Shown here piece after piece: positions 50,453 through 60,199 of a stretch of 64,000 nt of DNA. Each line of letters begins with the position of its first letter. Position 1 is the first letter of the stretch. The position numbers were made by a program, and so were the translations under genes. Under the pieces are notes generated by a model. It saw nothing but the letters and a program-made list of their open reading frames with translations, was not told the origin of the DNA and made no database searches. Source of the DNA: Gammaproteobacteria bacterium. Its GTDB lineage: Bacteria; Pseudomonadota; Gammaproteobacteria; SZUA-140. Location of the stretch: contig JALSGV010000044.1 in assembly GCA_026982565.1 (NCBI GenBank), forward strand, positions 8,506 through 72,505, in the 5' to 3' direction.

Positions 50453-52195
50453 ATGAAAGATGCCGCCAGAAAAACGGCGCCTAGTGACTTCGCCAACAAG
50501 CTTGCCACGCTTTCTCCCGCCAAGCGCGCCCTGCTCGACAAGCTCTCAGCCAAGGGAAAGCATGGCGGCAACACCCTGATAGCCAAAACTCTCAGGAGAC
50601 TGGGTATCTCGCATGCCTACTGTCTGGCGGGAACACCCATCCACAAGACAATGGGCGCCTGCATCAAGGAAGGCATCCGTGTTCTGGGTGTTCGGCATCA
50701 GCAGGCCGCTGTCATGATGTCCCTGGCACACAATTACACCACGGGGAAAATGACTTCCATCGCCATGGCTTCTTTCGGTCCTGCGGTTACCAACATGGTT
50801 ACGGGCGTCCTCAACGCCAGGGACGATTGCTGGCCACTTATCGTTATCGGCGGAAGACAACCCATCGATACCCAGCATATGGGCTGCTTCCAGGATCTGG
50901 ACGCCATCCCCATATTCAGCCCCATCACAAAGTGGACGGCCGCCGTGAGAAAAACGGAAGACATCCCTGAATATCTCGAACGCGCCTATCATATCGCCAC
51001 AGAGGGGAGACCCGGCCCCGTCTATCTTGACATCCCCGTCGAAAGCCTTGAAAGGTCAGCCACGCTACCCCCAAGCCCGGCGCGGGAAACAGCTCCTCCA
51101 CCGACGGTAGATACACAAAAGATTAAGCTGGCAGCGGATCTCCTGAGCAAAGCCATGCGTCCGGCCCTGCTTCTGGGGAAAGGCATTCGCTGGTCTATGC
51201 CCACGGAGGAGCTGTCCCGGCTCATCGGGAAACTCAACATGCCTTTCTCTGCCTCACCCATGGGCAGGGGCTATCTCCCTGACGATCATCCTCTGTGTTT
51301 CAATGGGCTGTCCACGGACCTCCAGGGTGGCGCCGATACCGTGATCATGGTCGGCGCCCGCATGAACTGGACATTCCGCTTTGGAAGTGAACTCGCCAAG
51401 GACGCTAAATTCATCCAGATTGATATCTGCCCAGATGAAATCGGCAGAAACATTACGCCAGACATCGGCATCGTGGGTGACATAAAAACAGTTCTGCAAG
51501 CCCTGCTGGCGGAAATTGAACACAGCAACCCCGCGGACGCCATAACCAAAGACAGATGTTCATGGGTCGAACACATGGACGCCCGGCGGAAAGAAAGAAA
51601 CAGCCAGATGCAGGCGCTTTCAAACAGCGACAATATCCCCATTTCTCCTCACCGTATGTGCAGGGAGATACGCGACTTCCTTCCAAGGAACGCCATCGTT
51701 ACCGTGGATGGGAGCACCATAATGGCTGCCGTACAACAAGTGATACCCAGTTATCTTCCGGCCAGCAGACTCACGGCGGGCGTCAATGGGTGCATGGGCA
51801 CTGCCGTCCCCTACGCCATTGGCGCCAAAATCGCCAACCCGGAGCGTCCTGTTATCGCTATCAGCGGCGATTCCGGATTTGGATTCAACGCCATGGAAAT
51901 GGAAATGGCGGTCAGGCACAGGGTCCCCGTAATATTTATTGTCGCCAACAACGGCGGCATTGTCGGCTCCGTCTTCCAGAACATCGTTGCTCCCGACTAC
52001 ACGGAAAGAACTGCTCTTTTCGAGCCGGGCATTCGTTATGAAAAAATCATGGAGGCCTTTGGCGGCCATTACGAGAGCGTGAGCCGGGCGGAGGAAATTG
52101 GCCCCGCATTGGCCCGGTCCGCCAACTCCGGCCTGCCGGCATGTGTCAATATTTTCATCGATCCTGACGTCCCTCCACTGGATCATATGGGATGA
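50453..52195 (+). CDS. ThDP-dependent enzyme, oxalyl-CoA decarboxylase / 2-hydroxyacyl-CoA lyase-like
   Basis: GCFQDLD, GRPGPVYLDIP, PMGRG, GCMG, GDSGFGFNAME...NNGG. Confidence 0.82.
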   Translation: MKDAARKTAPSDFANKLATLSPAKRALLDKLSAKGKHGGNTLIAKTLRRLGISHAYCLAGTPIHKTMGACIKEGIRVLGVRHQQAAVMMSLAHNYTTGKMTSIAMASFGPAVTNMVTGVLNARDDCWPLIVIGGRQPIDTQHMGCFQDLDAIPIFSPITKWTAAVRKTEDIPEYLERAYHIATEGRPGPVYLDIPVESLERSATLPPSPARETAPPPTVDTQKIKLAADLLSKAMRPALLLGKGIRWSMPTEELSRLIGKLNMPFSASPMGRGYLPDDHPLCFNGLSTDLQGGADTVIMVGARMNWTFRFGSELAKDAKFIQIDICPDEIGRNITPDIGIVGDIKTVLQALLAEIEHSNPADAITKDRCSWVEHMDARRKERNSQMQALSNSDNIPISPHRMCREIRDFLPRNAIVTVDGSTIMAAVQQVIPSYLPASRLTAGVNGCMGTAVPYAIGAKIANPERPVIAISGDSGFGFNAMEMEMAVRHRVPVIFIVANNGGIVGSVFQNIVAPDYTERTALFEPGIRYEKIMEAFGGHYESVSRAEEIGPALARSANSGLPACVNIFIDPDVPPLDHMG

Positions 52196-53178
52196 GCAGG
52201 ACATCTAAAATATCTCAAGCCCAGGATCATACAGCATGTAAAACCGGGAGACAGAAAATGACTATTCACCAGTACGGCGAAAGATTAAGAGACACCACCA
52301 GGAACTCTGACATCACCACCTTCACAGGTGTCTATGATGTATTCTCTGCTTCCATCGCCGCGAAGTACAACGATGGAATCTTTGTCAGCGGCTTCGGCTT
52401 TGCAGCAAGCTTCTATGGCCTTCCAGACGTTGGGTTTATTGCGTGGCCGGACATGGTTTCCTACGTACAAAGAATGCGCACCATACTTCCCGACCATCAT
52501 ATCCTGGTTGATATCGACGACGGTTACTGTGATACGGAAGTGGCATGCCATGTTGTCTCGCTGCTTGAATCCGTAGGCGCATCCGGCATCATCATGGAAG
52601 ATCAGCTCAGGCCACGCCGCTGTGGGCATGTGGATGGCAAGCAGATCATGGAACTCGACCAATTCATGGCCAAACTGGACAAGGTCATGTCGGTGCGCCA
52701 GGATATTTTCGTCGTGGCGCGTACGGATGCATCGGATCCCGAGGACATTATCAAAAGGGTCAGGGCCTTCTCGAGCGCGGGAGTAGATGCCATTCTTGTC
52801 GACGGATTGCGTGATCTGCAATTTCTGAAAACCATAAAAAGCCAGTTTGATCAGCCGCTCATGTTCAACCAGATCGCTGGCGGAAAATCCCAGCCCTGCG
52901 ACCTAGATGAACTCAAGTCGCTGGGCGTCTCTCTTGTCAACTATAGCACCCCCTGCCTCTTTGCCGCGCAGACAGCTATTGAAGACACGATGAAATTTCT
53001 CCAGAAAAGCAACGGACGGCTTCCAGATCAGTCTCAGCAAAGAACATGCTTGTGCGAATGCAATGAGGTCTTGAGCGAAAACCTTTCCAGAAGAGACAAA
53101 AACAAGGAAACACTTCGGCCTCCCAGGCTCCAGGATGTGCAAATTTCCACGCCTCGCAAGAAACGGGCTGCGCTCTGA
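52192..53178 (+). CDS. isocitrate lyase/PEP mutase superfamily C-C lyase (possible oxaloacetate acetylhydrolase)
   Basis: SGFG, GLPD, DIDDGY, EDQ..PRRCGH, ARTDA; alternative start 52258. Confidence 0.8.
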   Translation: MSRTSKISQAQDHTACKTGRQKMTIHQYGERLRDTTRNSDITTFTGVYDVFSASIAAKYNDGIFVSGFGFAASFYGLPDVGFIAWPDMVSYVQRMRTILPDHHILVDIDDGYCDTEVACHVVSLLESVGASGIIMEDQLRPRRCGHVDGKQIMELDQFMAKLDKVMSVRQDIFVVARTDASDPEDIIKRVRAFSSAGVDAILVDGLRDLQFLKTIKSQFDQPLMFNQIAGGKSQPCDLDELKSLGVSLVNYSTPCLFAAQTAIEDTMKFLQKSNGRLPDQSQQRTCLCECNEVLSENLSRRDKNKETLRPPRLQDVQISTPRKKRAAL

Positions 53179-53213
53179 TGTCACAATTCATAAGCAGGAT
53201 CCAGAACACTTAA

Positions 53214-56200
53214 ATGTCCACCCTAGAGAACAAACTCGCGTCGCTCTCTTCTGAACAACGCGCGGCATTGGCAAAAAGACTGAAAAACAAACAGGGAAAG
53301 TCTGGCCAGTCTCCCTGCCGGGACAGCATCCCACAAAGACAGAGATCCGAGGACACGCCTCTTTCACACGCACAGCAACGTCTGTGGTTTCTGGACCAGA
53401 TGGACCCAGGAAGCCCCTTGTACAACCTGCACCTGACCCTTGACCTGAAAGGATCCTTGGATACCATCGCGCTACAGAAATCGCTCGATGTGATCATCGA
53501 GCGTCATGAATCCCTGCGAACCATTTTCAGGACGGAAAACAACCTAACGATCCAGAAAGTCCTGCCAGAGCACAGGCTACACATCAAAATCAGTGACCTG
53601 TCTCATCTTCCACCCTGGGAACGAGAGAAACAGGCCCGCAGCGTGATCATCGATGAAGCCAGCATTCCTTTCGACCTGTCGGATCGCCCGCCACTCCGCG
53701 CGTCTCTTCTAAAACTTGAAAAGGACCATCACGTCTTCTTCATAATAATCCACCATATTATCGTCGATGGATGGTCACTCGGCATATTTCAGGAAGAACT
53801 GGAAAAGCTCTATGATGGGTTCTGCAGAAACACTGTACCTGGCCTTCCCGACCTGCCCATCCAATACACCGACTTCTCCTTATGGCAGCGCGAATATCTG
53901 CAGGATCACATGATCGAGCGGCAATTTAATTATTGGCGTGAAAAAATGTCTGGCGCTGCGCCACTGCTCGACCTTCCCTCAGACAAACCCAGGCCCGCCG
54001 TCAAGACCATCAATGGCGCGCGCCAATCCGTCTTTATAGACGACATGCTGACCAGGAAATTGAATGAACTATGCCGGAAAGAGCAAGTCACGCTCTACAT
54101 GGTCCTATTAAGCGCCTACCAGATACTTCTGCACCGCTATTCCGGAAAAGACGATATTATCGTGGGATCACCTATTGCCGGGCGAATCCGGCCGGAATTC
54201 GAAAATCTGATCGGCTTCTTTGTCAACGCGCTTATCATGCGCACCGACCTTTCTGGAAACCCCTCCTTTCTGGAATTGCTGAAGCGTGTCCAGAAAACGG
54301 CGCTGGAGGCATATGACAACCAGGATATTCCTTTCGAAAAACTGGTTGAAAAATTGAAACCCCAGCGCAACCTGTCCTATTCACCCATATACCAAGTGGC
54401 ATTTGCCTTTCAGAACATGCACATCAAGCCGATCAGGCTGAGAAGGCTGAGCGTATCCACATTGGAAATCGACAGGGGCACTGCCGCTTTCGACCTCTCT
54501 CTGTTCGTTCTCAATACAGAACGTGGCCTGAAGGTCATGATGGAATACAACACGGATCTGTTCGAGCATCAGACAGCTGAACGCATGCTGGGTCATTACC
54601 TGGTACTACTCAACGCCATCGTGGAAACACCTGGGGAATCCATCGGCAAGCTTCCCCTCCTGAAAAAAGACGAGAGGGAAACGATGCTCTCCAGGTGGAA
54701 CCAAACCCAGGCTGACTACCCGCGTGACAAGAGCCTCGTCGCCCTGTTTCAGGAACAAGCCGGGATCGCCACCAGCAAAATCGCCGTAGCTAACGAGGAA
54801 GGCGGCTACACCTATGGCCAACTCAATGAAATGGCCAACCAACTGGCGCGCCATCTGATAGCACAGGGAGGCAGGCCTGGCGAAATCATTGGCCTGTGCC
54901 TGGACCGCTCCATTGAGATGTTTGTCGGCATGCTCGGAATTCTCAAGACAGGAGCGGCCTACCTCCCCCTTGATCCCGATTATCCCCGAGAAAGACTGAA
55001 GTTCATGGCCAGGGACTGCAATGTTTCAAGGGTTGTCACCCTGGAAAAACACCGGGATATCACCTCCGGGTTCCATACAAAAACGATTTCCCTCGATATG
55101 GAGTGGCATGAGATAGCCATCCAGCCCGGAGACAACCTGGATATAAATATCAATCCCGGGGACCTGTGTTACGTTATCTATACATCCGGCTCCACCGGGA
55201 TGCCCAAAGGGGTGCTCATCGAACATGGGAATATCGTCCACTCGACATGCGCCCGCATGGACTACTACCCTGATCCCGTAGAGCGTTTTATCCTTCTATC
55301 TTCATTCTCCTTCGACAGTTCCGTTGCGGGGATATTCTGGACCTTGTGCCAGGGCGGAACCCTGGTGCTTCCTGGTCAGGGCGACGAAAAGGACCTGCAC
55401 AAGATCGCCACCCTCATCCACCATCACCAGCCATCCCATATGCTATGCCTGCCCTCGGTCCATGGGCTGCTGCTGGATACGGCCTCACCCGGTCAACTTT
55501 CATCCCTGAGGACCGTTATCGTCGCAGGAGAAACCTGTCCGGTTTCTCTCGTGCAAAAACATGCCGAAAAACTTCCTCACAGCAGGCTCTATAACGAATA
55601 CGGCCCCACGGAAGGCACGGTATGGAGCACTGTTTACAGCGTTGACCTCCAGAACCCGCCGAGGCACCACATACCAATAGGGAAACCCATTCAGAATGTT
55701 CAGGCCTACATTCTGGACAAAAATCTGCAAGCTGTTCCCATAGGCGTCACGGGAGAGTTGCATATAGCCGGTGAGGGGCTGGCCAGAGGCTACCTGAACA
55801 ATGATGTCTACAACCGGACAAAATTTATCCGGCTACCCCTGCACGAGGGCGGAAGAAAAACCCGCCTGTACAAGACAGGCGACCTGGCCCGATACCTCCC
55901 TGACGGTAATATTGTCTATATGGGAAGAACAGACGCCCAGGTAAAGCTGAGAGGCTACCGGATCGAGCTGGGCGAAATAGAAAGCGCCATCGCCACCCAC
56001 CCGAAAGTCAGGGAAACAGCCGTCATTGTCCGCGAAGACAGGCCGGGAGACAAACGCCTCACTGCCTATATCGCGCCACGACAGGGCACGCAGCCAAACC
56101 AAGGCATGATCCGCGCCTATCTAGAGGAAAAACTTCCGGCGTACATGATCCCATCCACATTCGTTTTTATCGATGGATTCAAACTGACTCCCAACGGAAA

Positions 56201-57386
56201 GGTTGACAAAAATGCCCTGCCCGAACCCCACGATATATCCCCTGAACATGAAGAGCAATACATTGCGCCGCGCAATAATACAGAGTCCATTCTGGAAGAA
56301 ATCTGGGCGGAAACCCTCGGCCTCGAAAAAGTGGGCGCAAAAGATAACTTTTTCAATCTTGGGGGCCATTCACTGCTCGGAGTCTCACTACTGAACAACG
56401 TCGAAAAGAACTTCGGGAAACGCCTTCCCATATCCTCACTTTTCAAGGCGCCTACCATCGAGGGCATGGCCCGCCTGCTGGATGCGGAAAGTGGAGCAAT
56501 GGCTGACACGACTTCCCCGGAAACCGGCAAACAGTGGGAAACGCTTGTCGCCATAAAGCCGGAAGGGAAGCGCACCCCCTTTTTCTGCGTTCACGGCAGG
56601 GCACATTCCCTCTCGCAGTACATGCACGAAGAACAACCTTTCTACTGGCTGCACCATGGGCAGGATGCCAAGCGCACAAAATATCTTTCCGTGGAAGCAA
56701 TAGCCGATATCCACCTGCGGGAGATCAGAACCGTCCAGCCAGCAGGGCCATATTACATAGGCGGTTTCTCATTCGGCGGCATGGTTGCTTTTGAGATGGC
56801 GCAGAAACTCATCAATGAAGGGGAGGAGATTGCCGTGCTGGCCCTTTTCGACCCGACTCTGGTCGGAAAATTTTCCCATGGGTCAGGGAATAAAAGCAAA
56901 TTACACGCGTTCTTGAGCCGCCTGAAAAAAGAACAGTCATCTACCGGAAAAATCCAACAGATCCTGGATATAACCCACTCCAGGGCGCGACGGCTCAGGC
57001 ACAACCTCTCGGAACAATCCAAATCCATCATCTGCAAGGCTTGCATGTCCCTGGACAGGCCGGTTCCGGCCCCGCTGGCGGTCTTCAACCTGATACGGAT
57101 GTTCAAACAAGCCGCCTCACAATATGAATACAAGCCCTATCCTGGGCCTGTCACCATGTTCGTCCCCGAAAGCTATCACAAACGGGAGAGGCTGCTTGAG
57201 AACCTGAAAGCAAGATGGTCTGATATCGCCCGGCAAGGCGTGGAATTCCGCTTCGTCAAGGGAGCAACGTCCCACCACAAAATGGTTGAGGAGCCTTTTG
57301 TCAGAGACCTGGTCGAGCAACTGGAGGATTGTCTCATGAGCGCATCGGGCGAACACGGCTTGAACCAGGAAAAGCGGCCCAAATGA
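53214..57386 (+). CDS. monomodular NRPS C-A-T-TE
   Basis: LSHAQQRLWFL, HHIIVDG, YTSGSTGMPKG, YGPTE, FFNLGGHSL, GFSFGG. Confidence 0.95.
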   Translation: MSTLENKLASLSSEQRAALAKRLKNKQGKSGQSPCRDSIPQRQRSEDTPLSHAQQRLWFLDQMDPGSPLYNLHLTLDLKGSLDTIALQKSLDVIIERHESLRTIFRTENNLTIQKVLPEHRLHIKISDLSHLPPWEREKQARSVIIDEASIPFDLSDRPPLRASLLKLEKDHHVFFIIIHHIIVDGWSLGIFQEELEKLYDGFCRNTVPGLPDLPIQYTDFSLWQREYLQDHMIERQFNYWREKMSGAAPLLDLPSDKPRPAVKTINGARQSVFIDDMLTRKLNELCRKEQVTLYMVLLSAYQILLHRYSGKDDIIVGSPIAGRIRPEFENLIGFFVNALIMRTDLSGNPSFLELLKRVQKTALEAYDNQDIPFEKLVEKLKPQRNLSYSPIYQVAFAFQNMHIKPIRLRRLSVSTLEIDRGTAAFDLSLFVLNTERGLKVMMEYNTDLFEHQTAERMLGHYLVLLNAIVETPGESIGKLPLLKKDERETMLSRWNQTQADYPRDKSLVALFQEQAGIATSKIAVANEEGGYTYGQLNEMANQLARHLIAQGGRPGEIIGLCLDRSIEMFVGMLGILKTGAAYLPLDPDYPRERLKFMARDCNVSRVVTLEKHRDITSGFHTKTISLDMEWHEIAIQPGDNLDININPGDLCYVIYTSGSTGMPKGVLIEHGNIVHSTCARMDYYPDPVERFILLSSFSFDSSVAGIFWTLCQGGTLVLPGQGDEKDLHKIATLIHHHQPSHMLCLPSVHGLLLDTASPGQLSSLRTVIVAGETCPVSLVQKHAEKLPHSRLYNEYGPTEGTVWSTVYSVDLQNPPRHHIPIGKPIQNVQAYILDKNLQAVPIGVTGELHIAGEGLARGYLNNDVYNRTKFIRLPLHEGGRKTRLYKTGDLARYLPDGNIVYMGRTDAQVKLRGYRIELGEIESAIATHPKVRETAVIVREDRPGDKRLTAYIAPRQGTQPNQGMIRAYLEEKLPAYMIPSTFVFIDGFKLTPNGKVDKNALPEPHDISPEHEEQYIAPRNNTESILEEIWAETLGLEKVGAKDNFFNLGGHSLLGVSLLNNVEKNFGKRLPISSLFKAPTIEGMARLLDAESGAMADTTSPETGKQWETLVAIKPEGKRTPFFCVHGRAHSLSQYMHEEQPFYWLHHGQDAKRTKYLSVEAIADIHLREIRTVQPAGPYYIGGFSFGGMVAFEMAQKLINEGEEIAVLALFDPTLVGKFSHGSGNKSKLHAFLSRLKKEQSSTGKIQQILDITHSRARRLRHNLSEQSKSIICKACMSLDRPVPAPLAVFNLIRMFKQAASQYEYKPYPGPVTMFVPESYHKRERLLENLKARWSDIARQGVEFRFVKGATSHHKMVEEPFVRDLVEQLEDCLMSASGEHGLNQEKRPK

Positions 57387-57393
57387 CAAGCTC

Positions 57394-58113
57394 TTGCCAG
57401 TTCCCATGCCAGGAAAACCAGATACAAGCCAGGGACTGATATCGGCGGGGACAGGCGAAATTCATGTCTGGAGGGCGTCTCTGAATGCGGCCACTCCCCT
57501 CGCGCAGGAGTTCATCGCCATTCTTGACGACGAGGAACGGCGCAGGTCGGAGGGGTTCATCCATCATTCAGACAGGGCGGATTATATCGCGAGACGGGCA
57601 ATACTCCGCTTAGTCATCTCAAGATACACAGGCAATGAGCCGCGATCCCACCGCTTCCAGCGCGGCAAACACGGCAAACCGTTCCTCTGCAATCCGCAAA
57701 ACAGGGCGGGCATCCAATTCAACCTTTCTTTTTCAGGCCACCACCTGCTCATAGCAGTCACCGCAAGACAACCCGTGGGCGTGGACATTGAGCGCGCCCA
57801 GACACATATCGACCACCTGGATATTGCCAGGCTCTACTTCCCGGAAGAAGAGTACGAATATATACGTCAACAGCCCCCCCCACAGCAAACCGCGGCGTTC
57901 TATAGAATATGGACAATGAAAGAAGCCTATGTAAAAGCTCTTGGGCAAGGCATGTCATTGGACCTGAAGAAATTCACGGTTCTGAATGCAGACAGAAAAA
58001 ACACATGCCCGGAAATTCGGGAAATCCCCACGGAACAGGGTTATTACGCGGCAATCGCACTCATGGGTAAGATAACAAAGCTCTCCTTCATGGAACTCTC
58101 CCAAATCATGTGA
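57394..58113 (+). CDS. Sfp-type 4'-phosphopantetheinyl transferase
   Basis: GKP, FNLS, VGVDIE, WTMKEAYVKA. Confidence 0.93.
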   Translation: MPVPMPGKPDTSQGLISAGTGEIHVWRASLNAATPLAQEFIAILDDEERRRSEGFIHHSDRADYIARRAILRLVISRYTGNEPRSHRFQRGKHGKPFLCNPQNRAGIQFNLSFSGHHLLIAVTARQPVGVDIERAQTHIDHLDIARLYFPEEEYEYIRQQPPPQQTAAFYRIWTMKEAYVKALGQGMSLDLKKFTVLNADRKNTCPEIREIPTEQGYYAAIALMGKITKLSFMELSQIM

Positions 58114-58209
58114 ACGGTCAGCGATGAGGGCAGCGGCCCCTAAGAAGGCTGCAGGTACAGGATTTATGGACTCTTCAGCAGAATTTGCAGGTTGCCACCG
58201 TTCTAACTT

Positions 58210-58233
58210 CCTCTTCCTCCGGAGGGAGAGGGG
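58210..58233. repeat. degenerate REP-like hairpin between convergent genes
   Basis: CCTCTTCCTCCGGAGGGAGAGGGG, similar to 31587-31612. Confidence 0.6.
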
Positions 58234-58276
58234 ACCCTTTATTCATGGCCCATGAAAATCATGACGTTGCCCCCCC

Positions 58277-59059
58277 TTATTCAACAGAAGTTGATAATCT
58301 CCCGGCCTGTTCGAGCGCCTGCCTCAGCGCCTCGTAATTTCCGATGTAGTCTTCAGGCCCCTTTGTAGCCTGGCGTTTGATTTCCCCTTGCTCTTTTTCC
58401 ATGTCCGTTTTATCACAGTCCAGCAATTGAAGGCCTGCTTCCAGCGCGTTATCCTGATGGCGTAGAAAATCTTCATAATATACCCTGACATAAGGATTGG
58501 TTACCGACAGTGCGGCAAGCCGTGTATCCACCCAGTCTTTGGAGATAACACGCTTGATGGCCTCCCGGATGGAGATCCTGACTTTCAGGTCCTCGGGGTA
58601 AGCCTTTCCAACATAGCTGTTTGTCAGGCTTGCAAGATATTTGGAACACAACCAGGCAATATTATCACGGCGGACGATATGAATAACCGCAATGTCTTGC
58701 CTGCTTGAGATCCAGCCGAGGTGACGCGCAAACTGATCAACCCAGAGCGCGGGTGACAGCCTGGGTGAAAACAACCACTTGTTGGAAGCCCTGAACAAAC
58801 GCCGATACCCGATCCACGCGGGTTTTTTTCTCAGCAAGCCTTCGATATGCTGCCTCTCCCTGTCCGGCAGGCGGGAAAAATCCCCATTCAGGGCGCTCTC
58901 CGCCAAACCGGGCTTGTCAGAAAAATATTCTTTCTGGAACCATTCCCAGCCACATGCAATATCGGGGTGCATATTCATCAATTCGGCATATGCACTACTC
59001 CCGGTGCGTTGAGTGCCGACTATAATAAAGTGCTTCATAATATCGGGGAACTCAAGCAC
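58277..59059 (-). CDS. sulfotransferase-family protein (Stf0-like)
   Basis: GTQRTGSS 5'-PSB loop, HIVRRD, YYEDF. Confidence 0.75.
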   Translation of the reverse strand: MLEFPDIMKHFIIVGTQRTGSSAYAELMNMHPDIACGWEWFQKEYFSDKPGLAESALNGDFSRLPDRERQHIEGLLRKKPAWIGYRRLFRASNKWLFSPRLSPALWVDQFARHLGWISSRQDIAVIHIVRRDNIAWLCSKYLASLTNSYVGKAYPEDLKVRISIREAIKRVISKDWVDTRLAALSVTNPYVRVYYEDFLRHQDNALEAGLQLLDCDKTDMEKEQGEIKRQATKGPEDYIGNYEALRQALEQAGRLSTSVE

Positions 59060-60167
59060 CCCGCCCCTCTATCACCGCCATCAACTGGTTCACATTGGAG
59101 AGATCATGCTCATTCAGGGCATGACGCCGCGCCGCTTCCCCCATTCCAACCCGCTGCCGCTCATTTTCCAAAAGCTGCGCCACACGACTCTTCATTTCCT
59201 CGAAAGTCTTGCCGCAGAACCCAATCTTCCCTTCTTCAAGGATCCCATCCGTATCAATACCCAGGCTTACAACGGGAACGCATCTCATCCATGCCTGAAT
59301 GAAAGTATTTGGAAACCCTTCCAAAAGGCTCGTATTCACAAAGATATGCGCAGCCGCCATCAGCCGGTTAACCTCATCCTGCGTCTTCTCGCCCAGATAT
59401 CTCAGATTGCCCAGTTGCTCAATCTCGCGGTGAAGATCACCGTATAGCCTGGCGTCACCCGCGCGCCCCGCCATCACAAACTCGACATCAGACATATGCC
59501 CAAGCTCCCTGGCAAGCCTTACGAACAACTCGGGCCGCTTCACGCGCTTGAAATTGGCCACCCAGAGCACCTTCAGTGGAAGCGGCTTCTCCAGCGACTC
59601 CAATGGCCTGGGATGAAAATTCCTTATAACCGCGTCCGCCTCCCTCCCGAAGTTTCTTTTCAAAAGTGTTTTCTGCCTGCGGGTCTGCGTGACGATAGCG
59701 CTGGCATGGCGAATACCATGGCTACCGATTTTCTTGTCAATAAACGGAACATTGTAACCTGGCAGTCTCCACAACTCAGGAACAGTCATCACATCAAGGT
59801 CTGAGGCAATGTGGAGCACCATTCTCGCCTTGTTTTTTCTTGCATAGTGGGCGGCTATGCCCGTATAGGCGGTAAATCCCCGCTGATAAATGATATCCGG
59901 CGAGATTCCGCCGAGCACTTTCATAAGGGCCGGATAGTCCGCCACGAACCCCATCCGCTTGAGGTAACGGCTGGCAGGCACCTTTACAATTTCATAACCG
60001 ACTGGCTCAAACCCAGGATCAATGTTCCTCGCCACATAATAAATCTCGTACTCGTCCCGCTTTACGAAGCTCTCCAGCAATATCCTTGCCTGATACTGTG
60101 CGCCACCGTGAACCGCCGAGAAATGCGACATCAAAAGGAAACATAATCTTTTCTTGCGTTTTTCCAT
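59052..60167 (-). CDS. glycosyltransferase family 4
   Basis: GGAQ, KRPE, EGFPNTFIQA. Confidence 0.9.
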   Translation of the reverse strand: MEKRKKRLCFLLMSHFSAVHGGAQYQARILLESFVKRDEYEIYYVARNIDPGFEPVGYEIVKVPASRYLKRMGFVADYPALMKVLGGISPDIIYQRGFTAYTGIAAHYARKNKARMVLHIASDLDVMTVPELWRLPGYNVPFIDKKIGSHGIRHASAIVTQTRRQKTLLKRNFGREADAVIRNFHPRPLESLEKPLPLKVLWVANFKRVKRPELFVRLARELGHMSDVEFVMAGRAGDARLYGDLHREIEQLGNLRYLGEKTQDEVNRLMAAAHIFVNTSLLEGFPNTFIQAWMRCVPVVSLGIDTDGILEEGKIGFCGKTFEEMKSRVAQLLENERQRVGMGEAARRHALNEHDLSNVNQLMAVIEGRGA

Positions 60168-60199
60168 ATTCAGCGCTGTGGGCGTGTCAGATGGAAGTC

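Noticed and set aside
50453..52195. Acetolactate synthase
   Set aside because: GDSGFGFNAME and PMGRG fit the Oxc/HACL group better; no ilv context
50453..53178. Phosphonate pathway (PepM plus phosphonopyruvate decarboxylase)
   Set aside because: The lyase has EDQ..RRCGH, not the PepM EDKxxxxxNS motif, and the ThDP enzyme is Oxc/ALS-like in size and motifs
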